A stretch of 64,000 nt of DNA from Chloroflexota bacterium (lineage in GTDB: Bacteria; Chloroflexota; Limnocylindria; Limnocylindrales; CSP1-4). The translations under genes and the position numbers were made by a program. Location of the stretch: the NCBI GenBank assembly GCA_029778235.1, contig JAKOQS010000082.1, positions 15,299-79,298 of the forward strand. Reading direction: 5' to 3'. Positions 9,983-19,606 of this stretch are shown one piece after another. How positions within the stretch are numbered: position 1 is the first letter of the stretch; each line of letters starts with the position of its first letter. The notes beneath the pieces were generated by a model. That model saw nothing but the letters and a program-made list of their open reading frames with translations, was not told the DNA's origin and did no database searches.

Positions 9983-10717
9983 CTAGTACGACACGGACGG
10001 CGGCGAGGTCACCACGACGCAGCCGTCCACATCATCGAGGCTGATGACGCCGACGGTCACGCGGGCGCCGTGGTCCTGGGAGCCGTCGGCGATCGCGAGC
10101 ACGAGCGTCATCTGATCACCGGCCCCCAGCGCCACGGGCGGGAAGTAGATGTCGTTCGGGCTCATCGCCCTGGCGCCCGTCACGGCCGGGACAGCGTTCC
10201 TGCTGGCAGCCCACTCCACGACAAGTGGAGGGATCGCGACCGGGGACGAGACGACCATCACGCCCAGCCCGGAGGCGCCGTAGCACTGGACGATCACGTC
10301 TCCCCACGGGCCGCTGACGGGTGCGCCCTGGTGGAACGGCAGGACCGTCTGGGCGTTCGCCCCACCGACGGCGTCGGCCCCGGCAGGGCCCGTCGGGCCC
10401 GTGGGTCCGGTGGGGCCGGGATCGCCCGCGGGCCCCTGCGGCCCGGTGGCGCCCCGCGGCCCGGTCGCGCCCTGCGGTCCTGTGGGACCGGTGGGGCCGG
10501 TGGGACCGGGGATGCCGGCGACGTTGATCGGGACCAGTCGCCCGCCGGTGGGCAGCCGGCACGTGTTGACGTCGCTCATCCGGACGTTGCCGTAGACGTC
10601 GTAGCAGGCGTACAAGGTCGTCGGGTTCGATGCCGCGAGCGCACCGCCCGCCCCGACCGCGACGAGGATGAACGCGCTCGCGCCGACGGCGAGCATCCGG
10701 AGTCGGGAGGGGGTCAT
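9983..10717 (-). CDS. Secreted collagen-like (Gly-X-Y repeat) protein with a ~130-aa beta-rich C-terminal domain
   Basis: Start set at ATG 10717 ([30 protein letters not shown], a signal-peptide-like sequence with an AxA site). Fifteen uninterrupted GXY triplets follow ([49 protein letters not shown] 10382..10516). Confidence 0.8.
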   Translation of the reverse strand: MTPSRLRMLAVGASAFILVAVGAGGALAASNPTTLYACYDVYGNVRMSDVNTCRLPTGGRLVPINVAGIPGPTGPTGPTGPQGATGPRGATGPQGPAGDPGPTGPTGPTGPAGADAVGGANAQTVLPFHQGAPVSGPWGDVIVQCYGASGLGVMVVSSPVAIPPLVVEWAASRNAVPAVTGARAMSPNDIYFPPVALGAGDQMTLVLAIADGSQDHGARVTVGVISLDDVDGCVVVTSPPSVSY

Positions 10718-10817
10718 CGGTCCAGGTCCTCCTGTGGCGCCGGCCGGGCGCTCGAGCGCATCGCCCCCTGCGGGCATCGTCGAGAGCGCGCGAGGGAGAC
10801 GTCAAGTGCCGAGGCGC

Positions 10818-10915
10818 AGGTGCCTCGGGCGCGCCCTGGTGTCGGGTCGCAGATGCCTCGGCGCGCCCTGGCGCCGGGTCGCAGATGCCTCGGCGCGCCC
10901 TGGGTGCCGGGTCGG
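10818..10915. repeat. Three tandem 32-33-nt intergenic repeats
   Basis: Copies at 10818-10850 (aggtgcctcgggcgcgccctggtgtcgggtcgc), 10851-10882 (agatgcctcggcgcgccctggcgccgggtcgc) and 10883-10915 (agatgcctcggcgcgccctgggtgccgggtcgg). Each contains the GGCGCGCC palindrome. They lie 100-200 nt upstream of the collagen-like gene. Confidence 0.85.
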
Positions 10916-11006
10916 AGAGGCCCAGCGCCCCGGGGGCCGTGCCCGGCCGACCGCACCGGGAGCCGGATCAGCCCCGCCGACCTCCCTGCCTCCCGTGCCC
11001 CCGTCG

Positions 11007-11807
11007 TCAGTCCGCGCCCTCGACGAGCGTGAGCCTCTCGCGGACGCCCTGCGTCACCGCCAGGTCGCGCCCGAGCACATCGCCGAGCGCCGCCACCACC
11101 TCGTCGGGACGTCCGGTCCCCTCGTCCTGGGAGTGCCGCAGGTCGACGCGGAGAGTGCCGGTCCCCCCGCCGACCGTCCCGCGGGTCGCGTCGCCGGCCG
11201 CGGCGACCGCCCCTCCGTTGGCCGCCCCGCCGCCCCCTCCGCCGTCCTCGTCCCACCGGAGCACCTCGATGCCGACGATGAGCGGTCGAAGGTCGTAGCG
11301 GACGATCCGCTTCTCCTTCCGGCGCTCACGGTCGAGCCGATCGGCGGCCAGGAGGGCGGCGACGGCCTCTCCCACCTCGGCGGCGCGCAGAGGCGGGCCC
11401 GGCGCCCGGCTCGCGACGTCGAGGCGATACGTGGCCCCTGCGAGCTGCGCCGCCACCGCGGGTGCGTGGAGCCAGACGTCGTGGAGGTCGACGAGCGAGA
11501 AGCCGTGGGGGAGGTCGCGCTCCAGGCGGCGGCGCATGTCGGCGATCGTCAGACGCTCGGAGAGGACGATGTCCACGATCTCCCGCTCGGCGAGCATCCC
11601 GAGCGGGAGGGGGGCCGCGAAGACGATGCGGGGCCGCGGGCTCATCCCCTCGGTGCGGGCGACCGGGATCCCGGCCCGACGGAGCGCGCGCTCCCAGAGC
11701 TTCATCGCGTCGAGGTGCGCGAGGAAGCGCGCGTCCTCGTCCCGGCGGAACAGGATCCGCCAGCGCTGGCGCGGCTCGGGGGCGTGCGTGCGACCGACGT
11801 CGGGCAT
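11007..11807 (-). CDS. TIGR03936-family radical-SAM-linked protein (DUF2344)
   Basis: QRWRILFRRDEDARFLAHLDAMKLWERALRRAGIPVA...SPRPRIVFAAPLPLGM matches the DUF2344 N-terminal pattern. Start at ATG 11807. Contains a Gly-rich insert (DEDGGGGGGAANGG...). Confidence 0.8.
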   Translation of the reverse strand: MPDVGRTHAPEPRQRWRILFRRDEDARFLAHLDAMKLWERALRRAGIPVARTEGMSPRPRIVFAAPLPLGMLAEREIVDIVLSERLTIADMRRRLERDLPHGFSLVDLHDVWLHAPAVAAQLAGATYRLDVASRAPGPPLRAAEVGEAVAALLAADRLDRERRKEKRIVRYDLRPLIVGIEVLRWDEDGGGGGGAANGGAVAAAGDATRGTVGGGTGTLRVDLRHSQDEGTGRPDEVVAALGDVLGRDLAVTQGVRERLTLVEGAD

Positions 11808-11833
11808 GGGCTCGCCTGCTAGTCTGCCCGAGG

Positions 11834-13045
11834 ATGGAGGAGCGCGAGCGACCGTCGACCGCCGGGCCGACGCACGGGACACCGGAGGCCGCGGAGCCCG
11901 ACGACCGGGAGCCGTGGGCCCCCGACCTGCGCCTGGGGGCGCCGACGCCCCGCGTCGCCCTGGTCGTCATCGCGGCCGTCGCGCTGGTCGCGATCCTCTA
12001 CGCCGGCCGCGAGGTCCTGGCGCCGTTCGTGCTGGGCATCTTCCTGGTCTTCCTCCTGGACCCGCCCGTCGAGTGGCTCGCCCGCCGCGGGATCGGTCGG
12101 GCATGGGCGGTCCTCCTCGTCTACCTGACCGTCATCGCGATCGTCGTGGTGCTCATCGCGATCACGGCCGCGCCCCTCATCGCCCAGGTCCGCAAGCTGA
12201 TCGACGAGCTGCCCACCCTCATCGAGACGATCCGCACGCAGCTGATCACCCTGCTCGAGCGCCTGGGGGTGCCGGCCGACGTCGTCGCGGCCATCAGGGA
12301 CGCACTCGCGCACCTGGACCAGACGCTGGGCGGGATGGACCCGTCGATGATCCTGCCCTTCCTGACCTCGATCTTCTCGTTCGTCGGCTCGGTCGTCGCC
12401 TTCCTCATCGTCCCCGTCTGGGTCTTCTACGTCGTCCGCGACCGGCCGGCCGTCACGGGCGGCCTGGAGGCAGGGATCCCGGAGGGGTGGCGGGGCGAGG
12501 TGCGTGCGGTCACGGCGATCACCACGAACGTCCTCGGTCGCTGGGTCCGCGGCCAGCTCGTCCTCGCCTCGGCCGTGGGGCTGGCGACGCTGGCCGGCCT
12601 GCTGGTCCTGGGCGTCTTCGTGGACCCGATCTTCCTGCGCTTCTCGATCATCCTGGCGGTGCTCGCGGGTTTCATGGAGATGCTGCCGATCATCGGCCCC
12701 ATCATCAGTGCGATCCCGGCGGTCATCCTCGGCGCCACGGTCTCGCCGCTCGCCCTCGTCGCCGTGTTCCTCCTGTACCTGGGGATCCAGCAGCTCGAGA
12801 ACACCTTCCTCGTGCCCAAGATCCAGGGCGACGCGGTGGAGCTGCACCCGGCCGCCGTGCTGTTCGTGATCGTGCTCGGCGGCGCCGTGTACGGCCTCCT
12901 CGGGGCGATCCTGGCCGTGCCCATCGCAGCCGCCGCGCGCGACGTCTACCGCTACTTCTTCCGGCGACTGTCAGACCACCGCAGCGACCTGGCCCGGGCG
13001 GTCGCGCGACCCCCGGGGAGCCTGCCGCCGGCCGAGTCCCCGTAG
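11834..13045 (+). CDS. AI-2E family transporter (PerM/UPF0118)
   Basis: Start at ATG 11834 (MEERERP). Multi-pass membrane protein with the C-terminal pattern MEMLPIIGPIISAIPAVILG...QQLENTFLVPKIQG, typical of AI-2E/PerM. Confidence 0.85.
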   Translation: MEERERPSTAGPTHGTPEAAEPDDREPWAPDLRLGAPTPRVALVVIAAVALVAILYAGREVLAPFVLGIFLVFLLDPPVEWLARRGIGRAWAVLLVYLTVIAIVVVLIAITAAPLIAQVRKLIDELPTLIETIRTQLITLLERLGVPADVVAAIRDALAHLDQTLGGMDPSMILPFLTSIFSFVGSVVAFLIVPVWVFYVVRDRPAVTGGLEAGIPEGWRGEVRAVTAITTNVLGRWVRGQLVLASAVGLATLAGLLVLGVFVDPIFLRFSIILAVLAGFMEMLPIIGPIISAIPAVILGATVSPLALVAVFLLYLGIQQLENTFLVPKIQGDAVELHPAAVLFVIVLGGAVYGLLGAILAVPIAAAARDVYRYFFRRLSDHRSDLARAVARPPGSLPPAESP

Positions 13046-13115
13046 GGCGGGGTCAGGCCGGACGCGGCGCCGGCCGAAACGGCCCGCGGCCTCGGCGCCG
13101 GCGCGACGCCCTGGG

Positions 13116-14384
13116 TCAGGCGGCGGCGGGCTCCGGCTCGTCCGATGCCTCGCGAAGCGCCCGCGGCACGGCGAAGCGCAGGAGGAACGGCGCCGCGACC
13201 GTCGTGATGACCACCGCCGCGAGCACCTCGTTGAAGCCCTCGGCGCTCAGCACCCCCAGGGAGACGCCCAGCCCGGCGACCACGATCCCCACCTCGCCCC
13301 GGGGGACCATGCCGAACCCGACCGCGACGGACGTCCAGCGGCCCGAGGTCCACGCGCCGACGATCCCGCCGACCGCCTTGGTGAGGATGCCCAGGAGCCC
13401 GAGAGCGAGCGAGATCGCGATGACCTCGGGCTGCAGGAACGCTGCGACATCCACCCGCGCCCCCGTGTAGGCGAAGAAGAACGGCACGAAGATCGTCACG
13501 AGGGTCCGCGTCTCGCGCTCCACGTCGTGCTGAGCCTCCGTCTCGGCCACGATCAGGCCGGCCACGAAGGCGCCGATGATCGCGGCCAGGCCGGCCACCG
13601 ACGAGACGATCGCGAGCGCGAGCATGAACAGGAACGCCGTCACCAGGGGGGTGTCGGCGAAGAGCGGCCACGTGAACACCCGCTTGGGGAGCCCGCGGAC
13701 CCGGCGCGCCACGACGAAGCCCAGGAGCACGAGGCCGATGCCGCTGAGCGCCACGAGGACCGTGGACGCGGAGAGGTCCCCCTGGACCACGCCGGTGACG
13801 ACGCCGATGAGGATGAGGGCGAGGATGTCGTCCACGATGGCAGCGCCCAGGATGATCCGGGCGAACCGCCGGTCGAGCACCCCCATCTCCGCGAGCGCGC
13901 GGCTCGTGATGCCGATGCTCGTGGCGGCGAGCGCGAGCCCGAACATCGCCGCGGTGGCCAGGCTCGCGCCGATGACGAAGCCGATGCCGACGCCGGCCAG
14001 GACGGGCAGGAACATCCCGATCAGCGCGGTCGCGAGCGCAGGCCTGCCCACGGAGAGCAGGTCGTCGGTCCGGACCTCGAGGCCCACGTAGAAGAGGAGG
14101 ATCACCGCGCCCAGCTCGGCGAAGACGGAGACGGCCCCGCCGGGCTCGATCGCCGCGGCGCTCACCAGCCCGAGCGCGTACGGCCCGACGACGAACCCCC
14201 CGAGCAGCTCGCCCACGATCCCGGGCTGGCCGAGGCGCCGGAAGATCTCCTCCCCGACCTTCGCGGCGATGAGGAGGACGAACAGGGCGAGGAAGATGCT
14301 GGTGGTCTCCGCGGCGCCGGCCGCCGGAGCGAGCGGGCCGGCAGCATGCGCGGGCGGGAGGAGGGCGAAGAGCGGGGTGTCCAT
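13116..14384 (-). CDS. Cation:proton antiporter (CPA2/Kef-type Na+/H+ exchanger family)
   Basis: 422 aa with ~12 TM segments and the N-terminal pattern AAKVGEEIFRRLGQPGIVGELLGGFVVGP. Confidence 0.9.
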   Translation of the reverse strand: MDTPLFALLPPAHAAGPLAPAAGAAETTSIFLALFVLLIAAKVGEEIFRRLGQPGIVGELLGGFVVGPYALGLVSAAAIEPGGAVSVFAELGAVILLFYVGLEVRTDDLLSVGRPALATALIGMFLPVLAGVGIGFVIGASLATAAMFGLALAATSIGITSRALAEMGVLDRRFARIILGAAIVDDILALILIGVVTGVVQGDLSASTVLVALSGIGLVLLGFVVARRVRGLPKRVFTWPLFADTPLVTAFLFMLALAIVSSVAGLAAIIGAFVAGLIVAETEAQHDVERETRTLVTIFVPFFFAYTGARVDVAAFLQPEVIAISLALGLLGILTKAVGGIVGAWTSGRWTSVAVGFGMVPRGEVGIVVAGLGVSLGVLSAEGFNEVLAAVVITTVAAPFLLRFAVPRALREASDEPEPAAA

Positions 14385-14396
14385 CCTTCCCCGATG

Positions 14397-16457
14397 CTAC
14401 CGCCCCGCGGCGGTCCGGCGCGGGTCGCCGGGCGGACCCATGTACGTCCACCGGCGGCGGACCCGGGGATCGTCGGTCCCCGGCTTCAGCGCTTCCACCC
14501 GGACGAGCGCCGAGCGCGGGCCGTCCTCGCCGGTGCGGCAGGCGAACCCGGTCGCGTCGGGGACGCCGCAGTCGTAGCAGGCGTCCCAGTGGCAATCGGG
14601 GATCGTCTCCTCCTCGCGCGACCGTCGCCACTCCTTCTGCAGGAAGGCGTCGGTGACGCCGCCGTCGAGGTGCGCCCACGGCAGCGTCTCGTCCAGCGGG
14701 ATGTCCCGCTGCGCGTACCACGCCGGGTCGAGGCCCTCCGCCGCGAAGGCGTCCATCCACAGGTCGAAGCGGAAGTGGTCGTTCCACGCGTCGAAGCGCG
14801 CGCCGGTCTCCCACGCTCGCCGGATCACCCGGCCCAGCCGTCTGTCGCCACGGGAGAGCGCCGCCTCCAGGATGGCGCTCTCGGCGTCGTGCCAGCTGAA
14901 GTCGAGGCCCTTGCCGCGAAGTGCCCGCTGGAGCGCGGCGACCTTCTCCCCGATGACCGCCATGGGGTCCTGGCCGTCCCAGACGAACGGCGTCAGCGGC
15001 TTGGGGATGAACGTCGAGACGTTCGCCTTGACCTGGGCGCGGTCACCGTGGTGCCGCCTGCCGATCGCGAGCACGCGCCGACAGATGGCCGCGATCCCGA
15101 GCACGTCGTCCAGCGTCTCGCCGGGGAGGCCGATCATGAAGTAGAACTTCAGGGTGCTCCAGCCCTTGCTGAAGGCGATCTCCGCGCATCGGGCGATCTC
15201 GTCGTCGCTCACGCCCTTGTTGATGACATCGCGCATCCGCTGGCTGCCCGCCTCCGGGGCGAACGTGAAGCTGGACCTGCGCGTGGGCGCGAGGGCATCG
15301 GTGAGGTCCACCGTGAACGCGTCGACGCGCGTGCTGGGGATGGAGACGTGCACGTCCGGGTGCCGGTCGCGGATCGCGAGCGCCACCTCCCGCACGCCCG
15401 TGTAGTCGGCCGTGGAGAGGCTCGTCAGCCCGATCTCCTCGTAGCCGGTCGCGGCGAGGATGGCGTCCGCCGCCTCGACGGCCACGGCTGCGGGTCGCTC
15501 CCGGAGTGGCCGGAACTGCATCCCCGCCTGGCAGAACCGGCAGCCGCGGGTGCAGCCGCGCATGACCTCCACCTGCGCCCGGTCGAAGACGACGGGGATG
15601 TTGGGGACCACCTGGCGGATCCCGCGGACGTTCGTCTCGAAGTCCGCGACGATGCGCCGGATGACCCGGGACGGCACCGAGGGATCGTGACGCTCGATCG
15701 CGGCGATACGTCCGTCCTCGTGGTGGACCGGCCGGTAGAGGCACGGGACGTAGACACCCGGGATCGCGGCGAGCGCGCGCAGGGCCTGCGCGCGCGAGGC
15801 GCCACGGTGGAGCGAGCCGTCCGGCCCGAGGGTCCGCTCCGTCCAACCGATCGCGCGAAGAGCCTCGCCGATCTCGACGACGACCTCCTCGCCCTCGCCC
15901 AGCACGACCGCGTCCAGGATCTCCGCCAGGGGCTCGGGGTTGAGGGTGGTGGTGCCCCCGGCGATGACGAGCGGATCGCCCGGGGCGCGCTCCGCCGTGC
16001 TCAGGCCCACGCCCCCGAGGTCTAGCATGGACAGGAGGTTCGTGGCGACCAGCTCGTAGCCCAGGCTGAACCCGATCACGTCGAACGCCGCCAGCGGCCG
16101 CCGGGTCTCCAGGCTCCAGAGCGGCAGGCCGTCGGCGCGGAGCACGTCCTGCAGGTCCACCCAGGGCGCGAAGCAGCGCTCGGCAAGGACCCCGTCGCCG
16201 TCGTTGAGGACCTCGTAGAGGATCTTGAGGCCGAGGTTGCTCATCCCGATCTCGTAGAGGTCGGGGTACGCGAGGCACCAGCGCAGGTCGCAGGCAGCCC
16301 AGTCCTTCGCCACGCTGTTCCACTCGCCGCCCGTGTAGCGTGCCGGCTTCTCGACGCGCGCGAGCGCCGCGTCGATCCGCTCGCGGGACAGGGACTCGGG
16401 GACGGGTGCGCGCGCGGCTGCCGCTCGCGGGAGCACGACGGTCATGGGGACGCTCAC
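14397..16457 (-). CDS. TIGR03960-family B12-binding-domain radical SAM protein
   Basis: 686 aa. EKPARYTGGEWNS N-terminus; CTRGCRFCQAG is the CxxxCxxC radical-SAM cluster motif. Partner DUF2344 gene lies nearby. Start is GTG 16457 or ATG 16445. Confidence 0.9.
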   Translation of the reverse strand: MSVPMTVVLPRAAAARAPVPESLSRERIDAALARVEKPARYTGGEWNSVAKDWAACDLRWCLAYPDLYEIGMSNLGLKILYEVLNDGDGVLAERCFAPWVDLQDVLRADGLPLWSLETRRPLAAFDVIGFSLGYELVATNLLSMLDLGGVGLSTAERAPGDPLVIAGGTTTLNPEPLAEILDAVVLGEGEEVVVEIGEALRAIGWTERTLGPDGSLHRGASRAQALRALAAIPGVYVPCLYRPVHHEDGRIAAIERHDPSVPSRVIRRIVADFETNVRGIRQVVPNIPVVFDRAQVEVMRGCTRGCRFCQAGMQFRPLRERPAAVAVEAADAILAATGYEEIGLTSLSTADYTGVREVALAIRDRHPDVHVSIPSTRVDAFTVDLTDALAPTRRSSFTFAPEAGSQRMRDVINKGVSDDEIARCAEIAFSKGWSTLKFYFMIGLPGETLDDVLGIAAICRRVLAIGRRHHGDRAQVKANVSTFIPKPLTPFVWDGQDPMAVIGEKVAALQRALRGKGLDFSWHDAESAILEAALSRGDRRLGRVIRRAWETGARFDAWNDHFRFDLWMDAFAAEGLDPAWYAQRDIPLDETLPWAHLDGGVTDAFLQKEWRRSREEETIPDCHWDACYDCGVPDATGFACRTGEDGPRSALVRVEALKPGTDDPRVRRRWTYMGPPGDPRRTAAGR

Positions 16458-16503
16458 CGTGCGGGACGGGCAGGAGGTGCAGGGGCCCGGCGACGGGCCG
16501 GCC

Positions 16504-17667
16504 TCACCACTCGGCCCGTGTCTGTCTGATGTTGATGCTCTGCAGGACGCCCAGGCCCAGGGCGAGGGTGATCAGCGACGCGCCGCCGTGGGTGATGAAC
16601 GGGAGCGGGATCCCGGTGATCGGCATGATCCCGATGACCATCCCCACGTTGACCGCGAGCTGGAAGAGGATCATCGATGCGAGCCCGGCACCGAAGAGGG
16701 TGCCGAACGGGTCACGCGAACGCCACGCGGACGTGAGGACCCGCCAGAGGAGTGCCACGAACAGGAGGAAGACGACCAGCGCGCCGAGGAACCCGAGCTC
16801 CTCCGCCAGGATCGCGAACACGAAGTCGGTCGTCTGGACCGGCAGGTAGTCGAGCTGGCCCTGGGTGCTGTTCGTCAGGCCCTTGCCGAGCAGCCCGCCG
16901 GCGCCGACCGCGATCTGCGCCTGGAGGAGGTGGTAGCCGGACCCCTGCGGGTCGGCGGCCGGGTCCAGGAAGCTGAGCAACCGCGCCTTCTGGTAGTCGT
17001 GGAGGATGAAGTTCCAGGCGACGGGCACGAACGCGACCACGGCCGCGCCCAGGATCGCCAGCCACCGCAGGCTCGCCCCGGACATGAAGAGCATGCCGGC
17101 CAGGATCGCCGCGAGGACCAGGGAGGTCCCCAGGTCCGGCTGGAGCATCACCAGGACGATCGCGGGCGCCATCAGGAGCGCCGCGCCGAGGATCGTGCTC
17201 AGCGAATCGAGCCGGGCCTCCCTCGCGCTCAGGTACCGGGCGAGCACGACGATCATCAGGATCTTGGCGAGCTCGCTGAACTGGAACTGGAGGCCGACGA
17301 TCGGGATCGTCACCCACCGCGAGCTGTTGCCCACGCCGTCGCCGATCAGCAGCGACACCCCCAAGAGCCCCAGGTTCACCGCGTAGAGCGGCCACGCGAA
17401 CGTCTTGAGCCACTTGTAGTCGAAGACCGTCGCCGCGACGAAGACGGCCACCGCGATGACCGCCCACATGGCTCCGCGGGTGAAGGTCGTGCCCCATGAG
17501 AACGGCGAGACGCCGTCGTGGACGCTGTTGCTGTACGCCATGACGAGCCCGAACGTCATGAGCATCAGTGCGTAGGCGGAGAGCTGCCAGTCGTAGGCGC
17601 GCCACGCAGAGCCGACGGCGCGAGAGGCGGCGCCCAGGCGAGCCGGCTCGGCGCGCAGGACCCCCAT
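16504..17667 (-). CDS. rodA: SEDS-family peptidoglycan polymerase RodA (FtsW/RodA/SpoVE)
   Basis: Start moved to ATG 17667. Ten TM segments, with the C-terminal pattern GIPLPFITHGGASL. Immediately downstream of the PBP2 gene. Confidence 0.9.
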   Translation of the reverse strand: MGVLRAEPARLGAASRAVGSAWRAYDWQLSAYALMLMTFGLVMAYSNSVHDGVSPFSWGTTFTRGAMWAVIAVAVFVAATVFDYKWLKTFAWPLYAVNLGLLGVSLLIGDGVGNSSRWVTIPIVGLQFQFSELAKILMIVVLARYLSAREARLDSLSTILGAALLMAPAIVLVMLQPDLGTSLVLAAILAGMLFMSGASLRWLAILGAAVVAFVPVAWNFILHDYQKARLLSFLDPAADPQGSGYHLLQAQIAVGAGGLLGKGLTNSTQGQLDYLPVQTTDFVFAILAEELGFLGALVVFLLFVALLWRVLTSAWRSRDPFGTLFGAGLASMILFQLAVNVGMVIGIMPITGIPLPFITHGGASLITLALGLGVLQSINIRQTRAEW

Positions 17668-17716
17668 CAGGCGGGACCCGGTCGGGCGTGCGTGGCGGTC
17701 GACATGACTCGGCGCA

Positions 17717-19606
17717 TCAGTTCCCGTAGAAGTTCCCACGCTCCATGAGCGCGGGGATCCGGTAGTCCTTCTTGATGCCGAAGTGTAGCTGCAGGTAGTA
17801 CTTGGCCACTTCCGTGGCCGCGTTCCCCACCGTGTTCGCCCCGTAGACGAAGGAGACGAACGCCAGCTGGGAGTCCGGCTTGCGGACGTCCCCGCTCTTG
17901 GACACGAAGCCCGCGTACCACGTGTGGTACGGCAGCCGCCCCTGGGCATCCTTCACGCCGAACTCCGCGGTGCCGGTCTTCCCGGCGACGACGATCGGCA
18001 TGTCCACCACGTTGTACGTGTGGCGGCTGGTGGAGACGTTGCGGGCCGCGAGCCGCATGGTCTGGAGGTTGGCCGACGAGATCGCGAGCTTCCGGATCAG
18101 CTTCGGGGCGAACGGCCGGGCGACCTCCCCGTCGGGGCCGATCACCTCGCGGACCACCTGGGGCCGGTAGAGCTTGCCCCCGTTCGCGAGGGCGGCGTAG
18201 GCGTTCAGGACCTGGATGGGCGTGGCGACGTCGAAGCCCTGGCCGATGCCAGCCTGCAGCGTCTCGCCGGTGAAGATCTGCTGCCCGAAGGTGTCCTGCT
18301 TCCACTGGTTGGTGGGGACCAGGCCCGTGACCTCCCCCGGGAGGTCGATCCCGGTGCGCGCGCCGAACCCGAACTGCTTGGCCCAGTACGCCAGCCGGTC
18401 GATCCCGAGCATCTCGGACAGCTGGTAGAAGAACGTGTCGCTCGAATGGCCGAAACCGGTGACGATGTTGAGCGGCCCCCAGCCGCGCTTGTTCCACTCC
18501 CAGTACTTGTCCGGTCCCACCTGGATGTACGGCTTGGACAGGACCTCCGACGACTTCGTGATCTTCTTGTCCTGCAGCGACCCGGCTCCGGTCACCAGCT
18601 TGTACGTGGACCCCGGCGGGTACTGCTCCGCGATCGCGTGGTTGACGAAGGGCGTGTCCTTGTCGGTCAGGTACTTCTTCATCTGGGCATCGGTGATGCC
18701 CTCGGCGAAGTCGTTGTCGTCGTAGGTGGGCAGGCTGACCATGGCGAGGATCTCACCGGTCTGCGGGTTCATGACGATGAAGACGCCTCTTCGGACGCCG
18801 GCCGCCTTCAGGCCCCACTCGAGCGCCTGCTGGGCGTAGCGCTGCTCCTTGAGGTCGATGGTGAGTCGCAGCGACGACCCGGGGACAGCTTCGCGCGCGG
18901 TCTCGAGCACGCGGATGACGCGCCCGGTGGCGTCACGCTCCACGGTCTGGGCGCCGTAGACGCCCCGGAGCTCGCTCTCGTACGAGGACTCGACGCCTGC
19001 CTTGCCGACGATGTCGTCCGGCAGGTATCCCTTCGCCTGGAGGTCGGCGAGCTGGGCGGCGTCGATCGCCCCGGTGTACCCGAGGAGCTGGGAGACCAGC
19101 GGCCCGTACAGGTAGTCGCGGCGCGATTCCACGGCGACCTGCACGCCCGGGAGCTTGAGGCCTTCCTCGGCGATGATCCGCGCGGTCGCTTCGGGCACGT
19201 CGCTCCGGATCCGGACCAGGTCGAAGCTCGACCCGACGTTGCTCTCGATGCGGAGGTTGATGTCCGCCGGCTTCATGTCCAGCAGCTCCGCCAGCCGCGC
19301 CACGACCGCGTCACGCTGCGGGTATGGCAGGTCGGCGGGGCGGATCTTCACCGTCCACGTCGGAACGTTCCGCACCAGCAGCTTCTTGTTGCGGTCGTAG
19401 ACGACCCCGCGCGTGCTGGGGATCGGCTCGGTGGCGGTGCGGTTCGCCTCGGCGAGCGCCTCGTACTGCGGCGCCTGCTGGATCTGGAGGAAGACCAGCC
19501 GCGTCGTCAGCGCTGCGACGACGACCGCGATGGCCACACCGAACGCGAGGAAGCGCATGGGGCGGCGAGAGCGGGCGGCGTCGTTGGGAAGAAGAGCGTC
19601 GTTCAC
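17717..19606 (-). CDS. mrdA: Penicillin-binding protein 2 (class B transpeptidase)
   Basis: Contains STYK (SxxK) and KTGT. I prefer GTG 19606, which forms a GTGA overlap with the mreD stop; the alternative is ATG 19558. The track ORF upstream of that has no PBP2-like sequence. Confidence 0.9.
   Translation of the reverse strand: MNDALLPNDAARSRRPMRFLAFGVAIAVVVAALTTRLVFLQIQQAPQYEALAEANRTATEPIPSTRGVVYDRNKKLLVRNVPTWTVKIRPADLPYPQRDAVVARLAELLDMKPADINLRIESNVGSSFDLVRIRSDVPEATARIIAEEGLKLPGVQVAVESRRDYLYGPLVSQLLGYTGAIDAAQLADLQAKGYLPDDIVGKAGVESSYESELRGVYGAQTVERDATGRVIRVLETAREAVPGSSLRLTIDLKEQRYAQQALEWGLKAAGVRRGVFIVMNPQTGEILAMVSLPTYDDNDFAEGITDAQMKKYLTDKDTPFVNHAIAEQYPPGSTYKLVTGAGSLQDKKITKSSEVLSKPYIQVGPDKYWEWNKRGWGPLNIVTGFGHSSDTFFYQLSEMLGIDRLAYWAKQFGFGARTGIDLPGEVTGLVPTNQWKQDTFGQQIFTGETLQAGIGQGFDVATPIQVLNAYAALANGGKLYRPQVVREVIGPDGEVARPFAPKLIRKLAISSANLQTMRLAARNVSTSRHTYNVVDMPIVVAGKTGTAEFGVKDAQGRLPYHTWYAGFVSKSGDVRKPDSQLAFVSFVYGANTVGNAATEVAKYYLQLHFGIKKDYRIPALMERGNFYGN

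Noticed and set aside
13046-13115. GC-rich hairpins between the convergent AI-2E and CPA2 genes as a bidirectional terminator.
   Set aside because: Only short (5-bp) stems can be drawn confidently by eye and there is no U-tract, so it is not annotated.
14397-16457. The radical SAM enzyme as a maturase for the Cys-rich peptide at 35055 (a RiPP-like system).
   Set aside because: The two genes are 19 kb apart, on opposite strands and in different conserved contexts. The radical SAM protein is the housekeeping TIGR03960 type paired with DUF2344, and no SPASM, peptidase or transporter genes are adjacent to the peptide.
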